Positions 12,368-23,793 are shown, counted from the first letter of the stretch. The stretch: DNA of 64,000 nt from an uncultured Alphaproteobacteria bacterium (GCA_963791665.1 CAWBTH010000034.1:17114-81113); one strand, 5' to 3'. The notes: generated from the letters alone by a model not told the origin. Made by a program: numbers and translations.

Positions 12368-13572
12368 ATATCGAGCTGGCGCGCCGAATCGCGATCACGA
12401 TCGGCGCGCTACTCGTTTTCAGGCTGGGCAGTCACATCCCGGTTTTGGGCATTTCGACGCAAAGCGCGCTGCGTTCTTTCGGCGCCATCGACCGTGTCTC
12501 GATTTTCGCGCTAACCCTCGTTCCCTACATCAGCGCCGCCATCATCATCCGGCTGATCTCGATGGTGTGGAGCAGGCTGAGCGCGCTCGAACGCTCGGGC
12601 GAGGCGGGCCGTCGCAAGATCGACCGATACACGTTGATTCTGACGCTGCTGCTCGCGATGTTCCAATCCTATGGCATCGCATCGGCACTGGGGCATGTTC
12701 CCGGCCTGGTTGACCCTTCCGACAGTCTGTTCCTGGTCAGGGTCACGGCGTCGCTGGTCGGTGGGGTGTTTTTCCTGATCTGGCTCTCCGAGCAGATCAC
12801 GCTGCGCGGCATCGGCAACGGCATTGCATGGGTGCTCAGCGCTGGCATCCTTGCCGCGCTGCCGGCCAGCGTCGCCGGCGTCCTCGAACTGACGAGAGCG
12901 GGTGTCGTCTCCAACAATCTCGCGGTGTGCTACGCCGCTTTCTGGGTGGCCCTGGTTGCCTTGATGGTCGTTGTCGAAAGCGCGCGTCGGCGTGTCAGGA
13001 TCGAATTTGCGGAACGCCAGGTCGGAAGCCGTTTGCTTCCGATCCGATCCGCCGTGCTTCCGATCAAGCTCAACAGCGCCGGCTTTTTGATCCCGGCCAC
13101 GGTCGCGCAATGGTTCTGGTTGTTGCCGTTGGCCTTTGCTGCCGTTGTCTTCGGCGCGAAAGAGCCATGGCTGGCCGCGGCCTATGATCACATGACGTAT
13201 GGCAAGCCCGCCCACATGATCATCGGGGCGATCGCGATCTTCATTCTCGCATTTATCTACACCTCCTACGTGGTCGACCCCGACCGCGCCGCTGATTCGC
13301 TCTGCAAACAGGGTGGAGCAATCCCCGGTGTCGCGAGAGGGGAGGCCACCGCCGACTATCTGGATCGTGTGGCGTCGCTGATGACGGTCATCGGCGCCGT
13401 CTACCTCGTGGCGGTGTGGCTGCTTCCTGAAGCGTTGGTAGCCTATAGCGACTACACGTTACCCAATAAAATCGGTGGTGGTTCGGTACTGATTGTGGTT
13501 TGCACTATTCTTGATTTGAAAATGCAGGTGCGTAATCTATCGCGCACCAAGTCGGGGGGCGTACGCCAATGA
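12364..13572 (+). CDS. Divergent SecY paralog, plug region shortened
   Basis: SecY signatures SIFALTLVPYISAAII, GEAGRRKI, WLSEQITLRGIGNGI, LPIKLN, GGGSVLIVV; intact 402-aa ORF overlapping both neighbours by ATGA. Confidence 0.93.
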   Translation: MNIELARRIAITIGALLVFRLGSHIPVLGISTQSALRSFGAIDRVSIFALTLVPYISAAIIIRLISMVWSRLSALERSGEAGRRKIDRYTLILTLLLAMFQSYGIASALGHVPGLVDPSDSLFLVRVTASLVGGVFFLIWLSEQITLRGIGNGIAWVLSAGILAALPASVAGVLELTRAGVVSNNLAVCYAAFWVALVALMVVVESARRRVRIEFAERQVGSRLLPIRSAVLPIKLNSAGFLIPATVAQWFWLLPLAFAAVVFGAKEPWLAAAYDHMTYGKPAHMIIGAIAIFILAFIYTSYVVDPDRAADSLCKQGGAIPGVARGEATADYLDRVASLMTVIGAVYLVAVWLLPEALVAYSDYTLPNKIGGGSVLIVVCTILDLKMQVRNLSRTKSGGVRQ

Positions 13573-14405
13573 GAATAATCCTTCTGGGCCCGCCGGGTTC
13601 GGGCAAGGGCACCCAGGCGCAGCGGCTGGTGCAGCGTTACGGCATCGTCCAGCTCTCCACCGGTGAAATGCTGCGCGCAGCGGTCGCCGCCGGCACGCCG
13701 GTCGGCTTGCGCGCCAAGGACATCATGGCGAGCGGCGGGCTCGTGCCCGACGACGTCGTGGTCGGCGTCATCGCCGACCGTATCGAACAGTCCGACGCCA
13801 AAAAGGGTTTCATCCTCGACGGATTTCCGCGCACCGTGCCGCAGGCCGAGGCGCTCGACGACCTGCTCAGGCACAAGCACCTCAAGCTCGACGCCGTGAT
13901 CGAGCTGCGCGTCAACGAGAGCGCGTTGCTGCAGCGGGTCGAGACGCGTGTGGCCGAAATGCGCTCGCGCGGCGAGGACGTCCGCGTCGACGATACGCCG
14001 GAGGTGCTGACCAGGCGCCTCGCGGCCTACCGCTCGCTGACCGAGCCGCTGATCCACTACTATTCGGAGCGTCGCAAGCTCTTGACCGTCGACGGCATGA
14101 TGACCATCGAGCAGGTGACGCGGGAGATCGGCCGAATCCTGGCCGCGATCGACGCCGCCGATGCCAAGGCGGCCGGGAAACGGGCCTCGGCCAAGCCGGC
14201 GGCCAGGGGAACCGTCCGCAAGCCCGCCCGGAAGCAGACAAAATCGTCTCCCACGGGCAGGCCGAGCGCCAAAAAGGCGGCCAAAGCGGCCGGGAAGGCC
14301 GCCAAACGCCCCTCCAAGGGGGCCAAAAAGCCGGTCACGAAGGGTGCCCGGAAGGCCACCAAAAAGGCTGCGAAAAAGCTCACGAAAAGGCGACGTAAGG
14401 CTTAG
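13569..14405 (+). CDS. adk: Adenylate kinase with Lys/Ala/Arg-rich C-terminal tail
   Basis: GPPGSGKGTQ, GFILDGFPRT; about 80-aa basic low-complexity tail. Confidence 0.97.
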   Translation: MRIILLGPPGSGKGTQAQRLVQRYGIVQLSTGEMLRAAVAAGTPVGLRAKDIMASGGLVPDDVVVGVIADRIEQSDAKKGFILDGFPRTVPQAEALDDLLRHKHLKLDAVIELRVNESALLQRVETRVAEMRSRGEDVRVDDTPEVLTRRLAAYRSLTEPLIHYYSERRKLLTVDGMMTIEQVTREIGRILAAIDAADAKAAGKRASAKPAARGTVRKPARKQTKSSPTGRPSAKKAAKAAGKAAKRPSKGAKKPVTKGARKATKKAAKKLTKRRRKA

Positions 14406-14411
14406 AATCGG

Positions 14412-14441
14412 TTGACGAAACCGCATTTGATCCCTTAATAA
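14412..14441 (+). promoter_or_regulatory. Putative sigma70 promoter of the alpha operon
   Basis: TTGACG at 14412 followed 17-18 nt later by (T)TAATAA, upstream of rpsM. Confidence 0.5.
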
Positions 14442-14592
14442 GCCCCGCATCCAAGTCGGATAGTGATCAAACGATGCCGGGCCCCAAATGGACGAGGGGT
14501 CGGGCGTCGTGTTCGCGTTTGCGGACCTGCCCGAGAGAGCAAGAATTTCAGAGCCGAAATCCCCCGAGGGATCGGCGACAGGAGAGACCTAC

Positions 14593-14961
14593 GTGGCCCG
14601 TATTGCCGGCGTGAACATTCCGACCAACAAGCGCGTGCTGATCGCGCTGCAGTACATCCATGGCATCGGCGAGAGGAGCGCGGCCGAGATCATGGACAAG
14701 ACGAAGATCCCGCTGGATCGCCGCGTCAGCCAGCTCAGCGACGCCGAAGTTCTCCAGATCCGTGAAATGATCGACCGCGACTACGTCGTGGAAGGCGATC
14801 TTCGTCGCGAGACCGGCATCAACATCAAGCGGCTGATGGACCTCGGCTGCTATCGCGGTCTGCGTCATCGCCGCGGCCTGCCGGTGCGCGGCCAGCGCAC
14901 CCACACCAACGCGCGTACGCGCAAGGGCCCGGCGAAAGCGATCGCCGGCAAGAAGAAATAA
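14593..14961 (+). CDS. rpsM: 30S ribosomal protein S13
   Basis: GTG start after AGGAGA; [35 protein letters not shown]. Confidence 0.98.
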   Translation: MARIAGVNIPTNKRVLIALQYIHGIGERSAAEIMDKTKIPLDRRVSQLSDAEVLQIREMIDRDYVVEGDLRRETGINIKRLMDLGCYRGLRHRRGLPVRGQRTHTNARTRKGPAKAIAGKKK

Positions 14962-14966
14962 TTTCC

Positions 14967-15034
14967 GCGAGTAGCGAATGGCGACGCGCGAGCAGGGGAC
15001 AAGCCCTACTCGCTACTCGCCACTCACCATTCGC
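14967..15034. repeat. Second inverted heptamer array
   Basis: GCGAGTA GCGAATG GCGACGC GCGAGCA GGG / CCC TACTCGC TACTCGC CACTCAC CATTCGC. Confidence 0.8.
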
Positions 15035-15091
15035 TTTGAGGTGTAGCCGCTGGAATTACGGCGGCGTTGAGATCGACAGGAAAGGTTTGAA

Positions 15092-15490
15092 ATGGGCAAG
15101 GAAGCTACACCCGCCGGACGCGTTCGCCGTCGCGAACGCAAGAACATCGCCTCCGGCGTCGCGCATGTGAATTCGTCATTCAACAATACCACCATCACCA
15201 TCACCGACGCGCAGGGCAACACCATTGCCTGGTCGTCGGCGGGAACGATGGGGTTCAAGGGGTCGCGGAAGTCGACCCCGTATGCCGCGCAGGTCGCGGC
15301 GGAGGATGTTTCCAAGAAGGCGCAGGAACACGGCATGCGCACGCTGGAAGTCGAGGTCGCCGGTCCCGGTTCGGGCCGCGAGTTGGCGCTCCGCGCGTTG
15401 CAGGCCGCGGGCTTCACCGTCACCTCGATCCGCGACGTGACGACGATCCCGCACAATGGTTGCCGGCCGCGCAAGCGTCGCCGGGTGTGA
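15092..15490 (+). CDS. rpsK: 30S ribosomal protein S11
   Basis: [27 protein letters not shown]. Confidence 0.99.
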   Translation: MGKEATPAGRVRRRERKNIASGVAHVNSSFNNTTITITDAQGNTIAWSSAGTMGFKGSRKSTPYAAQVAAEDVSKKAQEHGMRTLEVEVAGPGSGRELALRALQAAGFTVTSIRDVTTIPHNGCRPRKRRRV

Positions 15491-15599
15491 TGTGCTTTCG
15501 CGGGCGGCAAGGCCGCCTGCGGAGTCGTTTTTGGAATTTTGCGCGCGGACTGATCCGCGATCTCGAACGCCGGGTGACGATCCGGCCTGAGGTGAAACA

Positions 15600-16619
15600 G
15601 TGACGATCCAGAAAAATTGGCAAGAGCTTATCCGACCGAACAAGTTGCAGGTCTCCGCCGGCCACGACGCCAACCGCCATGCGACGCTGGTCGCCGAGCC
15701 GCTCGAGCGCGGCTTCGGCCAGACGCTCGGCAATGCGTTGCGCCGCATCCTGCTGTCCTCGCTGCAGGGCGCCGCCGTGCAGTCGGTGCACATCGACGGC
15801 GTGCTGCACGAGTTCTCCTCGATCGCCGGCGTCCGCGAGGACGTGACCGACATCGTGCTCAACATCAAGGACATCTCGATCAAGATGCAGGGCGAAGGCC
15901 CCAAGCGCATGGTCGTGAAGAAGTCCGGCCCGGGCGTGGTCACCGCCGGCGACATCCAGACCGTCGGCGACGTCGTCGTGCTCAATCCCGACCTCGTGCT
16001 GTGCACGCTCGACGACGGCGCGGAAATCCGCATGGAGTTCACGGTCGCGACCGGCAAGGGCTATGTCGCCGCCGAGCGTAACCGCCCCGAGGATGCGCCG
16101 ATCGGCCTGATCCCGGTCGACAGCCTGTTCTCGCCGGTTCGCAAAGTCTCCTACAAGGTCGAGAACACCCGCGAGGGCCAGATCCTCGACTACGACAAGC
16201 TGACCATGACGATCGAGACCAACGGCGCGATCTCGCCGGAGGATTCGGTGGCCTATGCCGCGCGCATCCTGCAGGACCAGCTCAACGTGTTCGTCAACTT
16301 CGAGGAGCCGCGCAAGGAAGTCGCGCAGGAGATCATCCCCGATCTCGCCTTCAACCCGGCCTTCCTCAAGAAGGTGGACGAACTCGAGCTGTCGGTGCGT
16401 TCGGCCAACTGCCTGAAGAACGACAACATCGTCTATATCGGCGACCTCGTGCAGAAGAGCGAAGCGGAGATGCTGCGCACCCCGAACTTCGGCCGCAAGT
16501 CGCTGAACGAGATCAAGGAAGTGCTGGCCCAGATGGGGCTGCATCTCGGCATGGAAGTGCCGGGCTGGCCGCCGGAGAACATCGACGAGCTCGCCAAGCG
16601 CTTCGAGGATCACTACTGA
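15600..16619 (+). CDS. rpoA: RNA polymerase alpha subunit
   Basis: [45 protein letters not shown]. Confidence 0.99.
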   Translation: MTIQKNWQELIRPNKLQVSAGHDANRHATLVAEPLERGFGQTLGNALRRILLSSLQGAAVQSVHIDGVLHEFSSIAGVREDVTDIVLNIKDISIKMQGEGPKRMVVKKSGPGVVTAGDIQTVGDVVVLNPDLVLCTLDDGAEIRMEFTVATGKGYVAAERNRPEDAPIGLIPVDSLFSPVRKVSYKVENTREGQILDYDKLTMTIETNGAISPEDSVAYAARILQDQLNVFVNFEEPRKEVAQEIIPDLAFNPAFLKKVDELELSVRSANCLKNDNIVYIGDLVQKSEAEMLRTPNFGRKSLNEIKEVLAQMGLHLGMEVPGWPPENIDELAKRFEDHY

Positions 16620-16721
16620 GAATAAAGAGCGCGATGATCGATCATCGCGCTTTTTTCAGGGCGAACGCAGGAAGCCCACCTGAGCAACGCGCCGCTTGCG
16701 GCGAACTGAAGGAATAAAGTC

Positions 16722-17141
16722 ATGCGTCACGGAAAAGTTCATCGCAAGCTCAATCGCACCGCCGAGCACCGCCGCGCGATGTTCGCCAATATGTGCGCCG
16801 CGCTGATCAAGCACGAGCAGATCGTCACCACGCTGCCGAAGGCCAAGGAGCTGCGGCCGATCGTCGAGAAGCTGGTCACCTTGGGCAAGAAGGGCGGGCT
16901 GGCGCTGCGCCGCCAGGCGATCTCCGAGATGCGCGACCGCGATCAGGTCAAGAAACTGTTCGACGTGCTGGCGCCCCGCTACAAGGACCGCAACGGCGGC
17001 TACACCCGCATCATCAAGGCCGGCTTCCGCTACGGCGACAACGCCGCGATGGCGGTGATCGAGTTCGTCGACCGCGACGTCGACGCCAAGGGCCAGGATT
17101 CCGGTCCCGAGCAGGAGAAGCCGGAAGCCGAGGCGGCGTAA
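16722..17141 (+). CDS. rplQ: 50S ribosomal protein L17
   Basis: [21 protein letters not shown]. Confidence 0.99.
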   Translation: MRHGKVHRKLNRTAEHRRAMFANMCAALIKHEQIVTTLPKAKELRPIVEKLVTLGKKGGLALRRQAISEMRDRDQVKKLFDVLAPRYKDRNGGYTRIIKAGFRYGDNAAMAVIEFVDRDVDAKGQDSGPEQEKPEAEAA

Positions 17142-17164
17142 GTCCCGCGCGACATCGAAGTTTC

Positions 17165-17193
17165 AAAAGCGGCGCCTTGGGCGCCGCTTTTTT
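17165..17193 (+). terminator. Rho-independent terminator ending the ribosomal superoperon
   Basis: AAAAGCGGCGCC-TTG-GGCGCCGCTTTTTT. Confidence 0.9.
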
Positions 17194-17240
17194 GCTTTTG
17201 TGGAGTATATGTTCGAGCGGTCGGGAGTTGGAGCAGTCAA

Positions 17241-17699
17241 ATGAACGCCGCGGAACTAAGCGTCGTCTACAGGTCCGATGAGGAATACACTGGCCAGATC
17301 AGGGCGACCGTGAGGTCGGGTCGCTTCTCTGCAGAGGGGGCGGCTTGGTTCGGCCGGATCCACGTGAAGGAAACGTTTCTTGCTGCGCTTCGGAGATCTC
17401 CGCTGCCGATCAATGATCCGCCATCTCTCGAAGGCGGCTTTTGGAGCAAAGGAAAATCGAAGGCCCTTGAGCAATGCCATCTCAGGATTACCGTCAAGCC
17501 GTACGACAGCCGTGGAACACTTCTCGTGCACGTCGACGTCGCCTCGGAGGTCTGGAAGACGCCAGACGCCGATCTGCAGAATTCCGCCACCGTTCGTTTT
17601 CTTGCGGAGTATGCCGCCCTGGATACATTTGCGGGGGAGTTCGAGCAGGTCCTTGATGGTACGAGGGAGATCGCGGTCCTCAGGGGCATTGTGAACTAA
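17241..17699 (+). CDS. Hypothetical protein
   Basis: 152-aa ORF with GGAG RBS, globular-looking composition, less GC-rich codon usage. Confidence 0.7.
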   Translation: MNAAELSVVYRSDEEYTGQIRATVRSGRFSAEGAAWFGRIHVKETFLAALRRSPLPINDPPSLEGGFWSKGKSKALEQCHLRITVKPYDSRGTLLVHVDVASEVWKTPDADLQNSATVRFLAEYAALDTFAGEFEQVLDGTREIAVLRGIVN

Positions 17700-17883
17700 G
17701 TCCGGAGGGTGGGCGAAACCTAGCCCACCATCTTTTCCAGCGATCGAGTTAGCGTTGAGCAGATTGTGCCGCGCGATTGCTGCAGGAACAGGGCAGGCCC
17801 GCCTCTGCGCCGCTTTTTTAATAGATCGTGACCGCGGCGCGCCTTGCGTGCATAATTGTCGCAAATCAGGCTGGGGGATTTCG

Positions 17884-18723
17884 ATGAGGATTGTCTTGGG
17901 CGTGGCGCTGGCGCTACTGGTGTCACCGGCGCTCAGTGAGACATTGGTCGAGCGCGGCGCCTATCTCGTCAACAGCGTGATGGTCTGCCACAACTGCCAC
18001 ACGCCGCAGGGCCCCCAGGGGTTCGACTTATCGCGCGCGTTGTCGGGTGGTCCCCAGATTTTCGACGAGCCAGAGTACAAGGTCACCGGCGCCAACATCA
18101 CCCCGGACAAGGAGACCGGCATCGGCAACTGGAGCGACGCCGAGTTGAGGAAATTTCTCATCACTGGCGTCAAGCCGAACGGCACCAAAGCCGCGCCGAT
18201 CATGCCCTACGAATTCTACACCGTGCTGACGGCGCGCGATCTCGACGCGCTGGTGGCGTATCTCAAAACGGTGCCCCCGCTTCGCCACGAAACGCCGGCG
18301 CCGGAATATCGCAAGGCATCGAAGCCGGAGACGCCGACCTATTCGGGCGCGCAGATGACCGACGCCCAAATGACCGACAAGCTCTCCCGCGGCCGCTATC
18401 TCCTGAGCATTTCGCACTGCCTGGAATGTCACACGCCGGAGGGCCCATCCACGGTGCATGATTTCGCTGCCGCGACCGGCAAGGGCGGACGGAAATTCCT
18501 GGGGCCATGGGGCGAGTCGCAGTCCCGCAACATCACCTCGGATTCCGTGTCCGGCCTCGGACAATGGAGCGACGACGAGATCAAGCGCGCCATCACCAAA
18601 GGCATCGGCCGCGACGGCCGTCAGCTGAAACCGCCGATGGCCTACGCGGCCTATGCCACCATGACCGCGCAGGATCTCGATGCCATCGTCGCGTTCGTCC
18701 GCACGATACCGCCACTGCAGTAG
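17884..18723 (+). CDS. Diheme c-type cytochrome
   Basis: Signal peptide, CHNCH and CLECH, duplicated NITPD/NITSD...G.W motifs. Confidence 0.9.
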   Translation: MRIVLGVALALLVSPALSETLVERGAYLVNSVMVCHNCHTPQGPQGFDLSRALSGGPQIFDEPEYKVTGANITPDKETGIGNWSDAELRKFLITGVKPNGTKAAPIMPYEFYTVLTARDLDALVAYLKTVPPLRHETPAPEYRKASKPETPTYSGAQMTDAQMTDKLSRGRYLLSISHCLECHTPEGPSTVHDFAAATGKGGRKFLGPWGESQSRNITSDSVSGLGQWSDDEIKRAITKGIGRDGRQLKPPMAYAAYATMTAQDLDAIVAFVRTIPPLQ

Positions 18724-18795
18724 GCTGCGCCGTCATGGCTTTCTGGCAGCGCGACGCCTTGCTATGATGGCACCTCATTCAATTGGGAGGCGCGC

Positions 18796-19299
18796 GTGAG
18801 CAATTTGCTGCGTGCGATTTTGTCCGGCCTGGTCGTGCTGTCGTTGTTGGGGTCGCTGACGGCGCGCGCCGATCAGGCGTTTCAGCGCTTCCTGCCGCTC
18901 TTTGTCGATCTTGATGGCTGGCAGGGCAAGAAGCCTGATGGCGCGTCGATGGAAATGGCGAATATCAGCATGACCACGGCCAACCGGGATTACACGAAGG
19001 GCTCGTCGGAACTACACGCCGTTGTCATGGTTGGCCAAAGTGCCGTCGCCGCGCTGGCGCCTCTGCAAAATCCCATGAACATTCAGACCACCGAGGGCCA
19101 CATGGTCACATCGACCATGCACGGCATGCCCGTCCTCAAAGGCTTCAACACCAAGGACAAGTCCGGCTCGCTCATCGTGGGAGTGAGCAAGGATGCGATG
19201 TTCAGCCTGTCCTACAAAAACATGACCGAGGACGAGGCGCTGGCGCTCGCCGAGAAATTCGACTGGAAGGCGATCCAATCGGCCGCTCAGTCGAAGTGA
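18796..19299 (+). CDS. Exported hypothetical protein
   Basis: GGGAGG RBS, signal peptide ending ARA. Confidence 0.8.
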   Translation: MSNLLRAILSGLVVLSLLGSLTARADQAFQRFLPLFVDLDGWQGKKPDGASMEMANISMTTANRDYTKGSSELHAVVMVGQSAVAALAPLQNPMNIQTTEGHMVTSTMHGMPVLKGFNTKDKSGSLIVGVSKDAMFSLSYKNMTEDEALALAEKFDWKAIQSAAQSK

Positions 19300-19318
19300 G
19301 GCCCTGCAATTCCCAGGG

Positions 19319-20332
19319 CTACCATCCCTCCAGCACGATCTTGCCGCGCGACTTGCCGGACTCCAGCAGCGCGTGCGCGCGCTTGAGATTCGCTGCGTTG
19401 ATGGTGCCGAACGCCTGATCCATCGTAGTGCGGAGCACGCCCTTGTCGATGAGGTCGGCGACGTCGTCGAGCAGATGATGCTGCGCGATCATGTCTGATG
19501 TCTGGAACGAGGAGCGCGTGAACATCGATTCCCAGTGCACCGAGATCGCCTTGCCCTTGAAGGCGCTCATGGTGAATTCCTGGGGATCGTCGATCAGGCC
19601 GAACTTGCCCTGCGGCGCCATGACGTCGGCGATCGCCTTGTAGTGCTGTTCGGTGAAGGTGAGGCTCGCGACGAGGCCGACCGGCGGCGGCTTCAGCTTC
19701 TCGATCTGCTCCTTCATCGGCTTGGCATGATCGATCACCGCATGCGCGCCGAGATCGAGACACCATTTTTGCGACTCCGGCCGCGTCGCGGTCGCAACCA
19801 CAGTCAAGCCCGTCAGGCGCCGCGCGAGCTGGATCATGATCGAGCCGACGCCGCCGGCGCCGCCCACGATCAACAGCGTGCGCGGATCGACGCTCTTGCC
19901 CGGCACCGCGCCGAGGCGATCGAACAGCAATTCCCAGGCGGTGATGGAGGTGAGCGGTAGCGCGGCGGCCTGCGCGAACGAGAGCGATTTCGGTTTGTTG
20001 CCGACGATGCGCTCGTCGACCAGATGGAATTGCGAGTTGGTGCCCTGGCGCAGGATCGAGCCGGCATAGAAGACCTCATCGCCCGGCTTGAACAGCGACA
20101 CATCGGGACCGACGGCGTCGACCACGCCGGCCGCATCGAACCCCAAAATCTTGGTCTCGCCCTCGGGCGGCGCGGCGCGCTTGCGCACCTTGTAGTCGAC
20201 CGGATTGGCGGAGATCGCCTGCACGGCGACGCGGATGTCACGGCCTTTCGGCTCCGGCTTCGCCGCCTCGAAATCGATCAGCGCATCCTTGTCCTCGATC
20301 GGCAGCGACTTCCTGTATCCGACGGCCTTCAT
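19319..20332 (-). CDS. Zinc-type alcohol dehydrogenase-like / quinone oxidoreductase (MDR)
   Basis: NPVDYK, GGAGGVGS, GKIVL. Confidence 0.92.
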   Translation of the reverse strand: MKAVGYRKSLPIEDKDALIDFEAAKPEPKGRDIRVAVQAISANPVDYKVRKRAAPPEGETKILGFDAAGVVDAVGPDVSLFKPGDEVFYAGSILRQGTNSQFHLVDERIVGNKPKSLSFAQAAALPLTSITAWELLFDRLGAVPGKSVDPRTLLIVGGAGGVGSIMIQLARRLTGLTVVATATRPESQKWCLDLGAHAVIDHAKPMKEQIEKLKPPPVGLVASLTFTEQHYKAIADVMAPQGKFGLIDDPQEFTMSAFKGKAISVHWESMFTRSSFQTSDMIAQHHLLDDVADLIDKGVLRTTMDQAFGTINAANLKRAHALLESGKSRGKIVLEGW

Positions 20333-20409
20333 TCCTGCTCTCCATCTTGTGTGGCGCGGCAGACTTGTCGTGCTGGCGTCAATTTGGCAAGTACTGTAAA
20401 TTCAGGCAG

Positions 20410-20431
20410 ATAGTCCCCTTTTGGATACTAT
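20410..20431. promoter_or_regulatory. Possible operator between the divergent MDR and HxlR genes
   Basis: Inverted repeat ATAGT-N12-ACTAT. Confidence 0.3.
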
Positions 20432-20446
20432 TGGCGGAAAGCACGC

Positions 20447-20818
20447 ATGAAACGGCGAAATTTCGCGCATCGGCCGGGATGCGCGGTCGAGGCCACGCTC
20501 GATCTGATCGACGGCAAGTGGAAGGGCGTGATCCTGTTTCACCTGCAGTCCGGCACCCAGCGCTTCGGCGAATTGCGGCGGCGGATGCCCGGGATCACCC
20601 AGCGCATGCTGACCAAGCAGTTGCGCGCGCTGGAAGATGACCGTCTCATCATCCGCAAGGTCTATGCCGAGGTGCCGCCGCGGGTGGAATATTGCCTGTC
20701 GGAGATCGGCGAAAGTCTGCGGCCGGTGATCGATACGCTAAAAGCCTGGGGCGAAAGCCACCAGGAAAAACTGTCCTGCGCGCCGGCGGCTGCGACAGCG
20801 CCGTCGCGCGCGGCCTGA
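20447..20818 (+). CDS. HxlR-family winged-helix regulator
   Basis: C.VEATLDLIDGKWK, RFGELRR, EVPPRVEY. Confidence 0.93.
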   Translation: MKRRNFAHRPGCAVEATLDLIDGKWKGVILFHLQSGTQRFGELRRRMPGITQRMLTKQLRALEDDRLIIRKVYAEVPPRVEYCLSEIGESLRPVIDTLKAWGESHQEKLSCAPAAATAPSRAA

Positions 20819-20863
20819 ACCGCTCCCCCATTTGATCGTTACCCACATTCAGGATTTGTCACG

Positions 20864-22253
20864 ATGTTGAATTGCTTCGTCTCTGTGGTGCTCGTCTCCG
20901 CCGCGCTTGCCGTCGCCGCGATCGGCGCAGGACCGCCGCGTGCCGTCGTCTGCGGCAGGAGCTGCGGCTGTCCTATGCGCCGATCGTGCAGCGCGTGCAG
21001 CCGGCGGTGGTGAACGTCTACGCCGCCAAGGTCGTGCAGAACCGTAATCCCTTCATGGACGATCCGCTGTTCCGCCGTTTCTTCGGCGTGCCGGGAGGGC
21101 AGGGCGAGCAGATGCAACGTTCGCTCGGCTCCGGCGTGATGGTCGACCCGTCCGGCCTCGTCGTCACCAATGTCCACGTCATCGAGGGCGCCGACCAGGT
21201 CAAGGTGTCGCTGTCGGACAAGCGCGAGTTCGAGGCCGAGGTCATGCTGAAGGATTCACGCTCCGACCTCGCGGTGCTGCGGCTGAAGGACACGCACGAG
21301 AAATTTCCGACCCTCGACTTCGCCAATTCCGACGAGCTTCTGGTCGGCGATGTCGTGCTCGCGATCGGCAATCCCTTCGGCGTCGGCCAGACCGTGACGC
21401 ACGGCATCATCTCGGCGCTGGCGCGCACCCAGGTCGGCATCACCGACTATCAGTTCTTCATCCAGACCGATGCCGCCATCAATCCCGGCAATTCCGGCGG
21501 CGCGCTGGTCGACATGACCGGACGGCTCGCCGGCATCAACACCGCGATCTACTCGCGCTCCGGCGGCTCCCAAGGCATCGGCTTTGCGATCCCCGCCAAC
21601 ATGGTGCGGGTGGTGGTGGCCTCCGCCAAGATGGGCGGCAAGGCGGTGAAGCGGCCGTGGCTCGGCGCCAAGCTGCAGGCGGTGACGCCGGAGATCGCCG
21701 AAAGCCTGGGGCTTCGCTCGCCGACGGGTGCTCTCGTCGCAAGCGTGGTGTCGGGCAGTCCGGCGGCGCGCGCCGGACTGAAGTCGAGTGACCTGATCAC
21801 CGCGATCGACGGCCAGACCATCGACGATCCCAACGGCTTCGAATACCGCTTTGCTACGCGTCCGCTGGGCGGCAACGCGCAGATCGACGTGCAGCGTGCC
21901 GGCAAACCGGTGAAGCTCACCATGCCGCTCGAGACGGCGCCCGATGGCGGCCGCGACGAGATCACGGTGAAGGCGCGCTCGCCGTTCCAGGGCGCCAAGG
22001 TCGCCAACATCTCGCCGGCGGTCGCCGACGAGTTGCATCTGGATTCGGATACCCAAGGCGTGGTCGTGACCGATATCCCCGCGGATTCCGTTGCCGGCAA
22101 TGTCGGCTTCCAGAAGGGCGATATCATCCTCAATGTGAACGGCCAGCAGATCGTCAAGACCAGCGAGCTGGAGAAGGCCGCCGGCCAGTCGGTGCGGGTC
22201 TGGCGCATCGTGATCCAGCGCGGCAATCAGCAGATCAACGTGACCTTGCCGGG

Positions 22254-22257
<4 letters not shown>
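20864..22257 (+). CDS. DegQ/HtrA serine endoprotease with two PDZ domains (5' indels)
   Basis: SLGSGV, TNVHV, QTDAAINPGNSGGAL. Confidence 0.93.
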
Positions 22258-23588
<1,331 letters not shown>

Positions 23589-23627
23589 CGCACAGGTCTT
23601 GTTCAACGGGATGCCGTGGAGGTAGTC

Positions 23628-23759
23628 ATGCCGACACATATTCCGGTCAGGCGGGAATATCGCGCAAGACTCTCGATCGCGACCGTCTGCATGCACGCGC
23701 TGCTCGCCGCAGGGATCATCGGCGCGATCGCGGCGACGGTGATATGGGCTTACAGCTGA
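23628..23759 (+). CDS. Putative small membrane protein (43 aa), absent from the ORF track
   Basis: GGAGG RBS; MPTHIPVRREYRARLSIATVCMHALLAAGIIGAIAATVIWAYS. Confidence 0.55.
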   Translation: MPTHIPVRREYRARLSIATVCMHALLAAGIIGAIAATVIWAYS

Positions 23760-23793
23760 TCGTCACTGCAAATTGCTTGCGGTCGACTTCCCG

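Noticed and set aside
15383-15385. Ser-to-Leu change in the conserved S11 motif GRESA (here GRELA)
   Set aside because: A single C>T in an error-rich sequence that cannot be distinguished from an artefact.
14405-15600. Absence of rpsD, rpmJ and infA from the spc/alpha cluster
   Set aside because: This is the usual arrangement in Alphaproteobacteria.
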